DNA of 64,000 nt from a virus (IMGVR_UViG_3300028802_000007:32001-96000), one strand, 5' to 3'; numbered from the stretch's first letter, positions 20,423 through 31,500 are shown. Notes: generated from the letters alone by a model not told the origin. Made by a program: numbers and translations.

Positions 20423-20854
20423 CTAGTTCCCGGTCGTGAAGACCGTCCACGCGCCAGCCGCCCGGAAGTTACCGGTCGTCTTGATCGCGTCCGTGTTGCT
20501 CGCGGTGATCGCGGCGTCCACCAGACCGGGGCCAGAGGCCACGAGGAGGACGGTGCCACCGTTGGTGCCGTCGTCGGCGTAGAGGTAGATGTTGATGCTG
20601 TCGGAGTTGGCGGCGTTGACTTGGTAGTCACCCGACGTGTCCAACAGACCGGCGAAGGTGCCCTGGATGTCCTTCAGACCGACGAGGTACGTCTTGTTGG
20701 TGTCACCGAAGACGGTGGCATCGACGTAGTCGCGGTTGAGGTTCAACGTCCACTCGGTCTTGGTCGTCACCTTGACGCCGACACCGATGCCTCCGTTGAA
20801 GTAGATGGCACCGTTCTTACCGTGGAGCTTGTGGCCCAAGCCGGGTCCAGCCAT
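20423..20854 (-). CDS. Major tail tube protein
   Basis: WTLNLNRDYVDATVFGD...YLVGLKDIQGTF is a typical tube motif; synteny. Confidence 0.85.
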   Translation of the reverse strand: MAGPGLGHKLHGKNGAIYFNGGIGVGVKVTTKTEWTLNLNRDYVDATVFGDTNKTYLVGLKDIQGTFAGLLDTSGDYQVNAANSDSINIYLYADDGTNGGTVLLVASGPGLVDAAITASNTDAIKTTGNFRAAGAWTVFTTGN

Positions 20855-20881
20855 GTGGCAGCTCCTTCAGGAGAGAAACGA

Positions 20882-21301
20882 TTACAGGGGCTGGTCGGTC
20901 CAGATGGAGTACGACCCGCCGACCTGATAGATGCGCTTGCCCTGACTGTCCACGTCTGGCCCCGTTGGCAGATCGCTGACGCGACGGCAAAGCATGCTGG
21001 TCTGCCCGTCAACCGTGAGCACAGCCTCGTCGAGTGCTCCGCTGATGAGCGCGTCGATGTTGTTGGCATCGACGGGGTTCACCGCGAAGGTCGAGATGTC
21101 GAACAGCGTGTGGTACTGGAAGCCGTCCCACTGGTAATCCCTTGGGGCAGCGGCCATGAGGTACACGATGAACGGGTACTTGACCTTGCGGGGAGCGATG
21201 CCCTCGTGGATACCGCCTGCGATGGCGGCCATGAGGGGAACAGACGCCCGAAGGTGCTGCACCACCGCTCTCTTGATAGGGGCGGCTGTCGATGTTGCCA
21301 T
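20882..21301 (-). CDS. Tail terminator/completion protein (DUF3168-like)
   Basis: IHEGIAPRKVKYPFIVY motif; synteny. Confidence 0.75.
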   Translation of the reverse strand: MATSTAAPIKRAVVQHLRASVPLMAAIAGGIHEGIAPRKVKYPFIVYLMAAAPRDYQWDGFQYHTLFDISTFAVNPVDANNIDALISGALDEAVLTVDGQTSMLCRRVSDLPTGPDVDSQGKRIYQVGGSYSIWTDQPL

Positions 21302-21311
21302 CAGGCCCCCT

Positions 21312-22034
21312 TCATATCCGCACCACGATCTCGATCTCCGTCGAGGAGCCTCCGGTGCGGGCGGCTTCTCGGACGGCGTCAGCGATGAGCCTGACGACCT
21401 CGTTACGGCTCTCCTCGGCTGCCGGACGAAGGAAGGGTCGGGCTGCGTTGTGACGCGTCCCGAACTCCTGGAACTTCGCGTACGGTGCCGTGGCGATGAC
21501 CCATGCCTCCGCTGTCGTCTTCGACGCTGTCGCTGGCTTGGCGGAGATGCTGCCCCTGAGACGCCCGCCGATACCGGCGTGCCCCCAGGTCGTGAACTGG
21601 GCCCGCATGGTGCGGACCTCGTAGGCTCCCCGGCGATCGAGGACCGTCTTGTGGCCGACGATGCCAGCGGATCGCTGGCGAGCCTCCTGTGCGTCGTACA
21701 ACTCGAGGAGGGCCTGCGCTGCCGACAGCCGGCGCTCCTTCCAGTGGACCGGTGGCTTCCTGCCGATGGACCGCTTGAGCCACACACCCGGGACATCCCC
21801 GGGCTGGACGACGGTCTGTCGGGGAGAGGCGGTGCGGAGGGCGCGGTCCCTGACCGAACGCTCGCCCTCGATCTCGTCGATGCTCTTGTGGCGGATGTGG
21901 TAGCCGCCACCAGCGAAGATGTGGCGGACCGGGGCCTTCGCCCGGGCCAGCGTCGCGACGCGCCTAGCTCCAAGGTCGAGGCCGTGGACAGCCGCTTGGA
22001 AGATGGCGTCCTGGAGCTCCTCGAGGTTGATCAC
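21312..22034 (-). CDS. HK97 gp10-like neck/tail component
   Basis: YAKFQEFGTRHNAARPFLRPA motif. Confidence 0.85.
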   Translation of the reverse strand: MINLEELQDAIFQAAVHGLDLGARRVATLARAKAPVRHIFAGGGYHIRHKSIDEIEGERSVRDRALRTASPRQTVVQPGDVPGVWLKRSIGRKPPVHWKERRLSAAQALLELYDAQEARQRSAGIVGHKTVLDRRGAYEVRTMRAQFTTWGHAGIGGRLRGSISAKPATASKTTAEAWVIATAPYAKFQEFGTRHNAARPFLRPAAEESRNEVVRLIADAVREAARTGGSSTEIEIVVRI

Positions 22035-22468
22035 TCACGCAGCCTCAGGTTGCAGTTGACGAGCGCCTTCCAGGTGTTCTCCTTGGTCGTGTCCGACACC
22101 GTGTAGGTCTCGCCCAGGAACTCGAGCTCGTCACCCGGGAGGATGTCGGTCCCGACCGGGCAGCGGAACATGTAGGTGTTCACGGTGACGATCGCGCCCG
22201 TGTCCGGCGTCTGGACCTGAGACGGCGTGCTGTAGAACCAGCCCTTCACCCAGTGCCTGCGGCTGTCGTTGGTCGCGATGTACTCGAGGCCGTCGTCGCC
22301 GTAGGCGTTGGCCGGATCGGACGAGCTCTCGATAGGCGTCCGGCGGAGGACCTGCACGTCCTCGATCATGCCCAGTCGGGCGATGTACTTGCTGATGTAG
22401 TCCACCTGTGCCGGACTGAAGAACCGGTGGGTGGCCGGGTCCATTGGCGGCGGGCCGGAACTCGTCAT
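22031..22468 (-). CDS. Head closure / head-tail adaptor
   Basis: DILPGDEL..GETYTV motif; synteny. Confidence 0.7.
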   Translation of the reverse strand: MTSSGPPPMDPATHRFFSPAQVDYISKYIARLGMIEDVQVLRRTPIESSSDPANAYGDDGLEYIATNDSRRHWVKGWFYSTPSQVQTPDTGAIVTVNTYMFRCPVGTDILPGDELEFLGETYTVSDTTKENTWKALVNCNLRLRE

Positions 22469-23415
22469 CGCACTGAGACCCCGTCGAAGCGGTAGGTGGC
22501 GAGCAACGCCGCTGCATCAGGGACCAGAAGCTCGAGGTCCGATGCCCGGGCCCCGCTGGGGACAGACCGGATGATGGGCTTGGTCAGCTTGACCTCACCG
22601 ATCTGGAGGCTCTCGAGCTGGGTCATGCCCCGCGACCGGGTCTCCGACGCCCCGAACAGCCACGCCATGATGTGGCCCGCTGCCAGCGAGATCTCGTTGG
22701 GCAGCTTGTAGTGGTACGCCGCCGAGACCACGTCGGTCGCCTCGAGGTTGGCGTCGAAGACGACCGTGCCCTCGTCGTAGTTGATGGTGAAGCCGGTGGT
22801 GATGACGGCACCGTTCTTCGAGATGACCGGGGCCCCGCCGATGGGCACGCCCCACGCGTCCTCACCGTCCTGATCCGCGTACCACCACTGGTTCGTGGCG
22901 GCCCACGTCTGGCCGTCCTCTGTCTGGAGCGTCTCGCCCGGCTCCGTGAAGTCCCAGCCGTACTCGTAGCTGAAGCGCACGACCGGCGTGGCGAGCCCGA
23001 TGTTGGGGACCACCAGAGCGTTGAACAGTCCGGCGGAGGTCAGGGCGAGGGAGACGACCTCGACGTACCTCTGGCTGCTGTTGATGAACAGACCCGTCGT
23101 GTCCACCTGGACGTACTGGGTGTTCGTGACGTAGATGCGGAACTGGCTCATCCGCTTCACCGGCCAGTGGAACGGGTACGCCCGTCGCTGACCGATGTCG
23201 AAGTCGCTCTCCGGGTAGCGCCACGAGTGCTGCTCTCCCGTGATGGTGCCACCCCGGAAGTCGTGCTGCTGTGGCACACGCGGAACGAGGCAGTAGTTGT
23301 TGACCCAAGTCGTCGCTTGGGCCGCAAGCGAAGCCCACGTCGCCGGATCGTGCTCGCTCATGTCGATACCGAAGCCCATCTTCCTGAACCGGTCATAAGT
23401 GATGTAGGCGGGCAT
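22465..23415 (-). CDS. Head-tail connector (gp6/gp15-like, with insertion)
   Basis: Follows the major capsid gene; YIT...ATTWVNNYC N-terminus and LLATYR C-terminus. Confidence 0.7.
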   Translation of the reverse strand: MPAYITYDRFRKMGFGIDMSEHDPATWASLAAQATTWVNNYCLVPRVPQQHDFRGGTITGEQHSWRYPESDFDIGQRRAYPFHWPVKRMSQFRIYVTNTQYVQVDTTGLFINSSQRYVEVVSLALTSAGLFNALVVPNIGLATPVVRFSYEYGWDFTEPGETLQTEDGQTWAATNQWWYADQDGEDAWGVPIGGAPVISKNGAVITTGFTINYDEGTVVFDANLEATDVVSAAYHYKLPNEISLAAGHIMAWLFGASETRSRGMTQLESLQIGEVKLTKPIIRSVPSGARASDLELLVPDAAALLATYRFDGVSVR

Positions 23416-23433
23416 CGGAGCTCCTGATGTTGG

Positions 23434-23480
23434 CGCTGGGTCGGCCCTTTAGGAGGGTACAAAAAGGGCCGACCCAAGCG
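23434..23480 (-). terminator. 14-bp perfect hairpin after the major capsid gene
   Basis: TGGGTCGGCCCTTT / AAAGGGCCGACCCA inverted repeat; no clear U tail after the stem. Confidence 0.5.
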
Positions 23481-23497
23481 TCAGATGAGGGTTGGGT

Positions 23498-24853
23498 CTA
23501 GACGACCTTCACCCTGATCTTGTTGTTCCACGGCAGGACCTTCACCGCGAGCCCGTTCATCAGGAAGACGATGTACAGGTGGGTGAGCTGGCCCGAGATA
23601 CCGATGGGGATCTCGAGGACCGTGGGACCGGGCGTCCCCAAGTAGGGGAGCGTGATGCTCTCCTCGTCGAGGATGTACAGGTCGCGGACCTTGTTGCCGC
23701 TGTAGGTGGAGGCGTGGTACGAGCTGATCGAGTCGCCAGGGACGACGGCCCACGGGAGCGGGCCTCCGACCGTGTTGATCTGATCGGCCACGACGCCGAC
23801 GCCCAGGTTCACCTGCTGCTCTCCCGCAAGGATGCGGAAGTTCGGGTCCTGCTGCTGGTTGAAGGTGATCTTCTCCGACGGGTGGCTCCAGAGGATGCTG
23901 GAACGGCCACCGGCCTGGATGATCGGCAGGACAGCCGCGTCAGCAGCGACGCGGAAGTTGCCGGTCGTGGTCGGAGCGGTCGCCGGGTCCAGGTTCTGGG
24001 CGTCGGCGCTGTTGAGAAGCTGGCGAAGGCCGGTGAAGGCGTTGGCGTCGTAGAGCCCGAGCTCGTTGTCCGCCGTGCCGCCGGAGTCGCTGGCGTTGCC
24101 CTCGAAGATGGTGGTCTGCATGCGGTGCGCGATGCTCCGCAGGCCACCTTGGAGCTCGATCTGCTCCGGGTTGTAGTTCATCCCACCGGCCATCACAGCG
24201 AACTGCGACTTGAGCGAGATGCCACGCCGGGTCGCCAGGATGGCGATGTTCGTGGTCTTGCGGACGTACGTCGAGGTGTCGTCCGTGACGGTGCCGAGCT
24301 CCGCCATGAACTTCGCGTCGCCGTACGCGGTGATCTGGTTCCAGGCGTGGACGAGGCCGTTCGCCGGCTCCTTCCGCATCCGGTCATAGGCCGGGAAGAT
24401 GCGGATGAAGATCTCGTAGAGCAGCGGCTCCAGGTCCTGCCGGATCAGCGCGGTGGCACCCGTGGTATCGAGGGCCTTGGCGACGTCCGGGTCGAGGGTG
24501 CCGTGCAGTCCGTTGAAGGCGTTCTGGGCCGCGAAGCCTGCGGTGTTCAGCCACAGGTCAAGCGGAACGCCTGTACCGGACTCACGAGCCTGCCGCGAGA
24601 AGAGCGAACCAAGCTGGTTGTCGCTCTTGGTGCGGAGGGTCTCGAAGAGGGTGTCACGCTCGTCAGGCGTGATGTATCGGCGACGGACTTCGGGGTCCGG
24701 CGTCGCTTGCTGCTCGATCGTCTTCGCCACTTCAGGAGCCGGCGCAGCCACGTTGGGCTCGTCGTTCATCTTGGCGAGGGTCGAGCCGATCTGCTCGAGC
24801 GTCTCGGAGTTGCTCTTCAGCAACGCCGCGATCTCCTCGTAGGTCATGGGCAT
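23498..24853 (-). CDS. Major capsid protein (HK97 fold)
   Basis: KALDTTGATALIRQDLEP...FEGNA...FTGL; follows the protease. Confidence 0.85.
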   Translation of the reverse strand: MPMTYEEIAALLKSNSETLEQIGSTLAKMNDEPNVAAPAPEVAKTIEQQATPDPEVRRRYITPDERDTLFETLRTKSDNQLGSLFSRQARESGTGVPLDLWLNTAGFAAQNAFNGLHGTLDPDVAKALDTTGATALIRQDLEPLLYEIFIRIFPAYDRMRKEPANGLVHAWNQITAYGDAKFMAELGTVTDDTSTYVRKTTNIAILATRRGISLKSQFAVMAGGMNYNPEQIELQGGLRSIAHRMQTTIFEGNASDSGGTADNELGLYDANAFTGLRQLLNSADAQNLDPATAPTTTGNFRVAADAAVLPIIQAGGRSSILWSHPSEKITFNQQQDPNFRILAGEQQVNLGVGVVADQINTVGGPLPWAVVPGDSISSYHASTYSGNKVRDLYILDEESITLPYLGTPGPTVLEIPIGISGQLTHLYIVFLMNGLAVKVLPWNNKIRVKVV

Positions 24854-24857
24854 GTGT

Positions 24858-26279
24858 TCAATCCTTCTTGAGGAGGTCCACGAACGCCTCTCCATAGACC
24901 GACTTCAGGGACTCGAAGTCCTTGGCAGCGTCGGTCACCTGGGTCCGCTTCCCCATGGGGGTCGCGGCGAGGCGGGTCAACAGGGCAGACATGTCGTTCA
25001 TGGCCTTCTCAGCCAGAACGAGCGCCTGATCGCGCTCCTGCTCCAGACGAACGTTCGCGGTCTTCGCTTCGACCAGCTCGCGGGTGATCGAGAGCATCAA
25101 CTCGTTGTTCGCGTGGATGGACGCCGTCAGGGTCGGCTGGAGATCCAGCTCCTCGACGTTGTCCGCTTCGGCAGGGGCGTCCCCGTTCTCAGGGCTGCTC
25201 TCCTCAGAGGGAGCTTCCTGCGGGGCCGGGGCAGCACCGTCGCTGTCCTCGGTGTCATCGGGAGGCGGAGTCTCGAACTCCGCGAGGTGGGCTGCAAGCT
25301 CCTCACCAGTGAGGGTCGGCTCGTCGCCCTTCGAGGAAGCGTCGTCGTGGGGATGGTTCTCATCCCCGTAGGCGCTCATGTGGGAGTGGTCGTGCTCGCT
25401 GCCCTGCTTGTCATCGACGTGGGTGTGGCCCTCGTCGTGGCTGTGGGCATGCGTGTGGGCGTGGTCGTGGGAATGGACGATGCCGTTCCAGTGCTCGTGG
25501 TTGTGGTCATGCTCGTGAGCATGGGGGTGGGTGTGATCAGCAGGCTTCTTCGCCTTCTCCAACTCCACGTCTTCGTCACTGGTGATCTCCACCATCGTGC
25601 CGTCAGCCGGGGCCTCGATGCCCTCCATGACCTCGCCAGTGCCTTCGCTCTCTTGGACCTCGAGCGGCATCTCGGCGATGTAACCGACCTCGCCGTCGCT
25701 GCGCTCGATGACCTCACCGGTCTCCGGCGGAGCATCGCCATCAGCCCACGACATGGTCAGGCCACCGTTGAGGCTCTTGACCGCGTACTCGACCCAGGAT
25801 CGCGGGTTCGCCGGGACGCCGACGATGGAGGTCTCGAGGAGGTCGATGTGGTCGATGACGTAGCGACCGGACTCCTTGGATCGGGTCGCGCCACCGTCGG
25901 GGATGCGGGCACCGATCGACAGGCCCAGCTTGGTGCCGTTGTCGATGGCCTCCCACGCCTTGACGGCTCGCGGGTTGGCCTCGTTGACCACGATGTCGAA
26001 GACGAGATCCTGGATCTCGGAGTCCTGCGGGTGGGAGCGGAGCACGGCCCGCTCGACCGAACCCGCCACATCCTCCGGCACCTCGTACCGGTGGTTGAGG
26101 AAGATGGTCATGTTGTTGTTGGCGGTGGTCTCCATCTCGGACAGTGCGGTCCGGGTGATGGTGTCGCCGTGGCGGTCCTTGATGGATGACGACGCCACGC
26201 CATGGAACCGCTTCCGTCCGTCGGCGTCGCTCGACGCCTTCAGGAGCGGGACGAAGATCTTGAACGTGCTCTCGGTCAT
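24858..26279 (-). CDS. Prohead protease fused to acidic/His-rich scaffold-like region
   Basis: GVASS..KDRHGD, FLNH, GLSIG, ETSIVGVPANP are HK97-family protease motifs. Confidence 0.9.
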   Translation of the reverse strand: MTESTFKIFVPLLKASSDADGRKRFHGVASSSIKDRHGDTITRTALSEMETTANNNMTIFLNHRYEVPEDVAGSVERAVLRSHPQDSEIQDLVFDIVVNEANPRAVKAWEAIDNGTKLGLSIGARIPDGGATRSKESGRYVIDHIDLLETSIVGVPANPRSWVEYAVKSLNGGLTMSWADGDAPPETGEVIERSDGEVGYIAEMPLEVQESEGTGEVMEGIEAPADGTMVEITSDEDVELEKAKKPADHTHPHAHEHDHNHEHWNGIVHSHDHAHTHAHSHDEGHTHVDDKQGSEHDHSHMSAYGDENHPHDDASSKGDEPTLTGEELAAHLAEFETPPPDDTEDSDGAAPAPQEAPSEESSPENGDAPAEADNVEELDLQPTLTASIHANNELMLSITRELVEAKTANVRLEQERDQALVLAEKAMNDMSALLTRLAATPMGKRTQVTDAAKDFESLKSVYGEAFVDLLKKD

Positions 26280-27550
26280 GTGGCTGCCCCTTCCGATGGG
26301 TCAGTACTGGGCACCGTTGGCTCGAGCTTCTCGAGGGCGGTGATGTACTCATCGAACTTGGACGCGGCCACGTCCCAAGTCGCCAGAGAGCGGATGTGCT
26401 CCACTCCGGCATGGCCGAGATCCCTCTGGAGGCCCTTGGAGCGGAACATCCGCTCGATGGCTTCCGTGAAGGCTGCGATGTCCGGCAGCCATGTGTCCTC
26501 GCCTGACGGCGGGGTGCTCATGTAGCCGCTTGGCTCGAGGAGGATGCCGCCGGGCCCGACGTACTCAGGGATGGCGGAGACGTTCTGGGCGATGACCGGG
26601 GTGCCGCAGGCCAGAGCCTCCATGTTCCCCAGACCAGCGCCCTCTCCTCGAGAGGTGCTGACGACGACATCGAAGGCCGACAGGAGGACGTTCATGTCCT
26701 CGATCGCCCAGCCCTCGAAGCTGTTGTGCAGGCCCGGGAAGTGGAACCGATCCGGCCTCACCTTCTCGGCGTTCCGCAGGAGCATGTCCTGCATCCGCAA
26801 GCCCACGTTCATGGCCTCGTCCTGACAGTGGAACCAGGCCTCGACCTCGCTGTACTTCTCCATCACCGGCCACAGGGCCTTGATGAGCGCGGCGTAGTCC
26901 TTGCGCCCGCTGTTGGTGTCCACTCGACCGACGAGGTACTTGTCAGGGTCGAGTCCGAAGGCCCGCTTGCAGTCGTTCTTCGTCTTGCAGACGATGCCAG
27001 TCGAGGTCGTCTTGGGCTTCTCCCAGATCGGCCAGAACATCTCCTGGTCGATGGCGTGATAGACGAGCTCGCTGGGCTGGTAGAACTTCTGGCCCCACTC
27101 GCTCATGGCGATGACGTTGGTGACCTTGGGCAGGATCGTCGTCCACGTCGGCGGGAGGTTGGTCCCATCGACGGGGATGTAGGCCAGCATGGGCCGGTAC
27201 TGGAGCAAGATCCGGTCCGGGTCCTTGGTGTTGGCGAAGAGCGTGTTCAGGATGACCTGAGGGTCCTGAAGGATGACCACAACGTCGGGATCGACCTTGC
27301 CGAGCATCTCGACGATGCGAGCCCGACCGTAGATGTCGCCTTGAACGATGGTGTCCGGGCGGTACAGGCGGAGCGGCGTGACGTGCGAGTGGTACGGTCG
27401 CTCGCAGTTCCACGAGTCGCCCCGGTAGTTCGTGGCGAGGACGTGGATCTGATGTCCGAAGTCCTCGACCAGCCGCTCGCCGATCGCATGCGTGACCCGT
27501 GAGAAGCCGGTCGTGCAACCGGCATCACTCAGCCAGAGTACCTTCGCCAA
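26276..27550 (-). CDS. GT4-family (GT-B) glycosyltransferase
   Basis: TGFSRV, RKDY, STSRGEGAGLGNMEALACGTPVI. Confidence 0.9.
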   Translation of the reverse strand: MAKVLWLSDAGCTTGFSRVTHAIGERLVEDFGHQIHVLATNYRGDSWNCERPYHSHVTPLRLYRPDTIVQGDIYGRARIVEMLGKVDPDVVVILQDPQVILNTLFANTKDPDRILLQYRPMLAYIPVDGTNLPPTWTTILPKVTNVIAMSEWGQKFYQPSELVYHAIDQEMFWPIWEKPKTTSTGIVCKTKNDCKRAFGLDPDKYLVGRVDTNSGRKDYAALIKALWPVMEKYSEVEAWFHCQDEAMNVGLRMQDMLLRNAEKVRPDRFHFPGLHNSFEGWAIEDMNVLLSAFDVVVSTSRGEGAGLGNMEALACGTPVIAQNVSAIPEYVGPGGILLEPSGYMSTPPSGEDTWLPDIAAFTEAIERMFRSKGLQRDLGHAGVEHIRSLATWDVAASKFDEYITALEKLEPTVPSTDPSEGAAT

Positions 27551-27785
27551 GTTCGTCCTCCACGCCCTCTTCAGGGCTGATGGTTCGTCCTGCCGGAAGC
27601 CGGTGCTTCTCGAAGCAGGGCCTGCACAGTTGCAGCGAGGCCTTGGATGTGTTCCTGTGCCAGACGCTGTAGGCCGTCGCGCCCTCAGAGCCGCACAAGA
27701 TGCAGGCCTTGAGCTCACGCTCGATCTTGCGCTGGAGGTCCTCCAACTGACGACGCGTCAGGCTCTTGAGGGCGTCATCCATCAT
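27525..27785 (-). CDS. Small zinc-binding protein
   Basis: CILC...CRPC. Confidence 0.5.
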   Translation of the reverse strand: MMDDALKSLTRRQLEDLQRKIERELKACILCGSEGATAYSVWHRNTSKASLQLCRPCFEKHRLPAGRTISPEEGVEDELGEGTLAE

Positions 27786-28035
27786 CGAGATGCTCCCCGC
27801 CCCAGACCGTCGCGTTGATCCACCGTCGTTCCCGCTGGCGATAGGCCGTGGGATGGTCGGCCTTCCGACGACTCAGGCGGTACAACTCGGCCTGCTGGGC
27901 GAGGTCCTCGTCCAGGACCTGGTGCCGGCTGATCGGCAGTTCACGGGTCCGGGCGGAGTTCCTCCAGTAGCCCGGGTTCCTCGTCCGCCAGCGCCTGACA
28001 GCCTCAGCGTTCTTCTCTGGGTCGGCCCACGGCAT
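27775..28035 (-). CDS. Hypothetical basic protein
   Basis: MPWADPEKN..., overlaps both neighbours. Confidence 0.45.
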   Translation of the reverse strand: MPWADPEKNAEAVRRWRTRNPGYWRNSARTRELPISRHQVLDEDLAQQAELYRLSRRKADHPTAYRQRERRWINATVWGGEHLDDG

Positions 28036-28352
28036 TACTGCCGACGGACAGTCACCTGGACCTCCGGGGACGTCGTCTGGACGCGGCCCCCTGGATAAGT
28101 CACTTCCCACTGGACGTTGAAGGTGCCCGGGACCGACAGGTCGTTCGGGCCCCACGAGTAGCTGACGCTGCCTGCGACGGCGCTGAGGACGGTCGCTCCG
28201 GCGTTGACCTGATACCGCTTGTCGGCTGGCTGCTTCATCTGGAAGCGAACCGAGCAGCCGGTCAGGTCGATGATCGAGGAGATGTCGTCCTCCTCGTGGA
28301 TGATCGCCTTGATGTCCGGGGCCGTGTCGCCCTGGACGAAGGTCAGACTCAC
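28035..28352 (-). CDS. BppU N-terminal-like structural protein
   Basis: FVQGDTAP...DLTGCSVRFQM...VSYSW...GTFNVQWEVTY. Confidence 0.6.
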   Translation of the reverse strand: MSLTFVQGDTAPDIKAIIHEEDDISSIIDLTGCSVRFQMKQPADKRYQVNAGATVLSAVAGSVSYSWGPNDLSVPGTFNVQWEVTYPGGRVQTTSPEVQVTVRRQ

Positions 28353-28540
28353 ACGCTCCCTCGCACGAACTCGAGGAGGCCCACGACGATGCCGATGGGC
28401 CAGGCCCACGTCCCAAGGAAGTCACCGACAGACGTGATGACCTCGACGTGGATGGCGGGCAGGACGACCGACAGGAGCAGGCAGATGAGCCCAGCGACGA
28501 AGCCGACGGCCACTGCCCGGATCACTCGGTTGAGCATCAA
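28349..28540 (-). CDS. Small two-TM membrane protein
   Basis: Hydrophobic 63-aa ORF. Confidence 0.5.
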   Translation of the reverse strand: MMLNRVIRAVAVGFVAGLICLLLSVVLPAIHVEVITSVGDFLGTWAWPIGIVVGLLEFVRGSV

Positions 28541-31500
28541 ACGACCTCCGCATCGAGAGTGAAGTACGACCGGCGCGTCCAGAACCAGGTGAAGTCCATG
28601 GTCCTCGCAGACAGGCTGGGCGCGATGGTCGCCGCGCTCAGGCTGCCCTCGATGGTCCCGGCTGTGGTCGTCCCGGCGATGGTGTCCGCCGTGGTGGTGG
28701 ACTCAATCTCCTGGACGATGTGCCGACTGATGGACGCATCGACGGTGAAGTTGCCGTAGCCCGGACCCGTGATCTGGGCGTCGGCGGTGAAGGACCGCTG
28801 ACCAGCCGCCCCAACGGACGCATCCGCCGTGAACGAGCCAGCCCTTCCGGCCTTGATGATGGCGCGAGCGGTGAACGACCCGGTGCGGACGATCCGCAGC
28901 AGGGCGGATGCCGTGAAGGTCCCGGTCCGGGTCCGCTGGATGACCGCATCGACGAGGAACGTGCCGCCTGCCACGAAGAGCGTGACGTAGGCGTCTGCCG
29001 TGAGCGATCCAGTTCGGAGGGTCGCGATGACAGCGTTGGTGGTCACCCCGCCCGTTCGGGTGGCCCTGATCACCGCATTGGCGGTCAGGGAGCCAGTCGC
29101 TGTTCGCTTCGCGATGGCGTTCGCCGTGAACGAGCCGACCGAGCTCGAGCGCAGGACCGCGTCGGCCCGCATCGTAGCAGACCGCGTGGCACGCACAATA
29201 GCGTCCGCGCTGAATGCGGCGGTGGTTCCGCCAGCGATCCACGCAGCCGCTGTGAAAGTGCCCGTGCTCGTCCGCTTGACTACAGCGTCGGCGACGAAGG
29301 TCCTATTGAAGCTGGCCTTGATAACGGCGGATGCCGTGAACGAGCCCGACCGGCTGGCGAGGACGACGGCGTTGGCCGTGTAGGACCCCGACCGGGTGGC
29401 CTTGATGGTCGCGTCAGCGGTGTACGCACCAGTGCGCGTCGCGAGGATCAGGGCGTTGGCGACGAAGGTGCCTGTGCGGGTTGCCTTGATGACCGCGTCG
29501 CCCTTGAACGAGCCAGCGCCGGCTGTCGGGGAGATGATCCAGGCGTCTGCGGTGAAGGAGCCCGCGAAGGTCCGCCGGATGACGGCATCGGCGGTGAAGG
29601 ACCCGGCCCTCGTGGCCTTGATGACCGCGTTCGCGGTCGTCGAGCCGGTCTGGGACCGCAGGATGAGGGCGGAAGCGGTGAACGAGCCCGCTCGAGTCGC
29701 CTTGATGACCGCATTGGCGCTGAACGAGCCGCTGAACGTCTTCAGCAGCAGGGCGTTGGCCGTGAACGATCCGGTGATGCTCAGGCGCAGGACGACGGCG
29801 TTGACCGTGAACGTCCCGGTCTGGTTGAGCCGCAGGACGATCGCGTTCGCCGTGAACGAGCCTGTTCGAGTGGCCTTGAGGACGGCGTCAGCCGAGAACG
29901 CCCCGGTAGCGGTCCGCTTGACGACGGCAGAGGCGGTGAAGCTGCCGGTGAACGTGGCCCGGATCACGGCGTTGGCCGTGTAGGACCCCGACGCCGTCCT
30001 CAGGATGACCGCGTTGCCAGTGAAGCTACCGGTCAGGGTCTTCTTGATGGCGGCGGAGGCGAGGAAGGCCGCCACACCAACCCCGCCGATCCACGCATCA
30101 ACGGTGTACGTCCCTGTCTGGGTGCGCTTGATGACGGCGTCGGCCCGGAAGCGCGGCATGATGACCGCGTTGGCCGTGTAGGCACCCGTCTGGGTCCGCT
30201 TCAGGACCGCATCCGCCGAGAAGCGCGGCATGATGACGGCGTTGACCGTCAGCGATCCGGCTTGGGTTCGGAAGATGACCGCGTTGGCTGTATACGACCC
30301 CGTCCGGGTCGCCTTGATGGCGGCATCGGCGGTCAGGGAGCCCGTGCGGGTCGCCTTGACGACCGCGTCAGCGAGGAACGTCCCCGTCCGGGTGGACTTG
30401 AGGACAGCGTTGGCCGTGAAGGAGCTCGTCGCGGTCCGGGCCAGCACGGCGTTGGCCGTGAAGCTGCCCGTCTGGGTCCGCAGGATGGTCGCGTTGCCGG
30501 TGAACGAGCCGGATCGGGTCGCGAAGATGACCGCGTTGGCCGTGTACGACCCGCTGATGGTCGCCTTGATCAGGGCAGAGGCGCTGAACGAGCCGGTCAG
30601 GGTCGCCTTGACAACGGCATTGGCAGTGAAGCTGCCGGTGCGCGTGATCTGGACCCAGGCCGACGCCGTGAACGCTCCGGCGATGGTCTTCTTGATGACC
30701 GCATCGGCGGAGAGGGAGCCGGTGCGGGTCAGCCGGATGACCGCGTCTGCGGTGAAGCTCCCGGTCCTCGTCGCCTTGACGACCGCGTTCGCCGTGAAAC
30801 TCGACGTGATGGTCGCCTTGACCACGGCGTTGGCTGTGAAGGTGCCCGTCCGGGTCACGACGATGAGGGCGTTGGCCGTGAAGCTGCCCGTCGCGGTCTT
30901 CAGGACCACCGCATTGGCGGTGAAGGACCCAGTCCTGGTGGACTTGAGAACCGCGTCGGCTGCGAACGAGCCGGTGCGGGTGCTCTTGATGACCGCGTTT
31001 GCCGTGAACGTCCCCGTCTGGGGGCGCAGGATCAGAGCCGATGCCGTGAAGCTTCCGGTGCCGGTCTTCAGGAGGACGGCGTTGGCTGTGTAGCTGCCCG
31101 TGCGTGTGCTCTTGATGGCCGCGTCGGCCTTGAACGAGCCCGTGATGGCCGCCTTGATGACAGCCGCTGCGGTGAACGATCCGGGCTGGGGCCGCAGGAT
31201 GAGAGCGGCTGCGGTGAAGGACCCGGTCTGGGTGCGGAGAACCACCGCGTTGGCAGTGAAGGTGCCGGTTCGAGTCGCCTTCAGGACAGCGTTGGCGGTG
31301 AAGGAACCCGTGACTGTCCGCACGATCGCGGCGTTGGCCGTGAACGAGCTCGAGATGGTCGCCTTGACCACCGCGTTGGCTGTCAGCGAGAAGGCGGTGT
31401 CGGCGACGAAGTAGAAGTCGAAGGCGGTGTCTTCAGCCGACCAGATCGACAGGTTCCAGATGCTCGTGCCGCCGCCCGCGTACACAGACGTGGTGTACAG

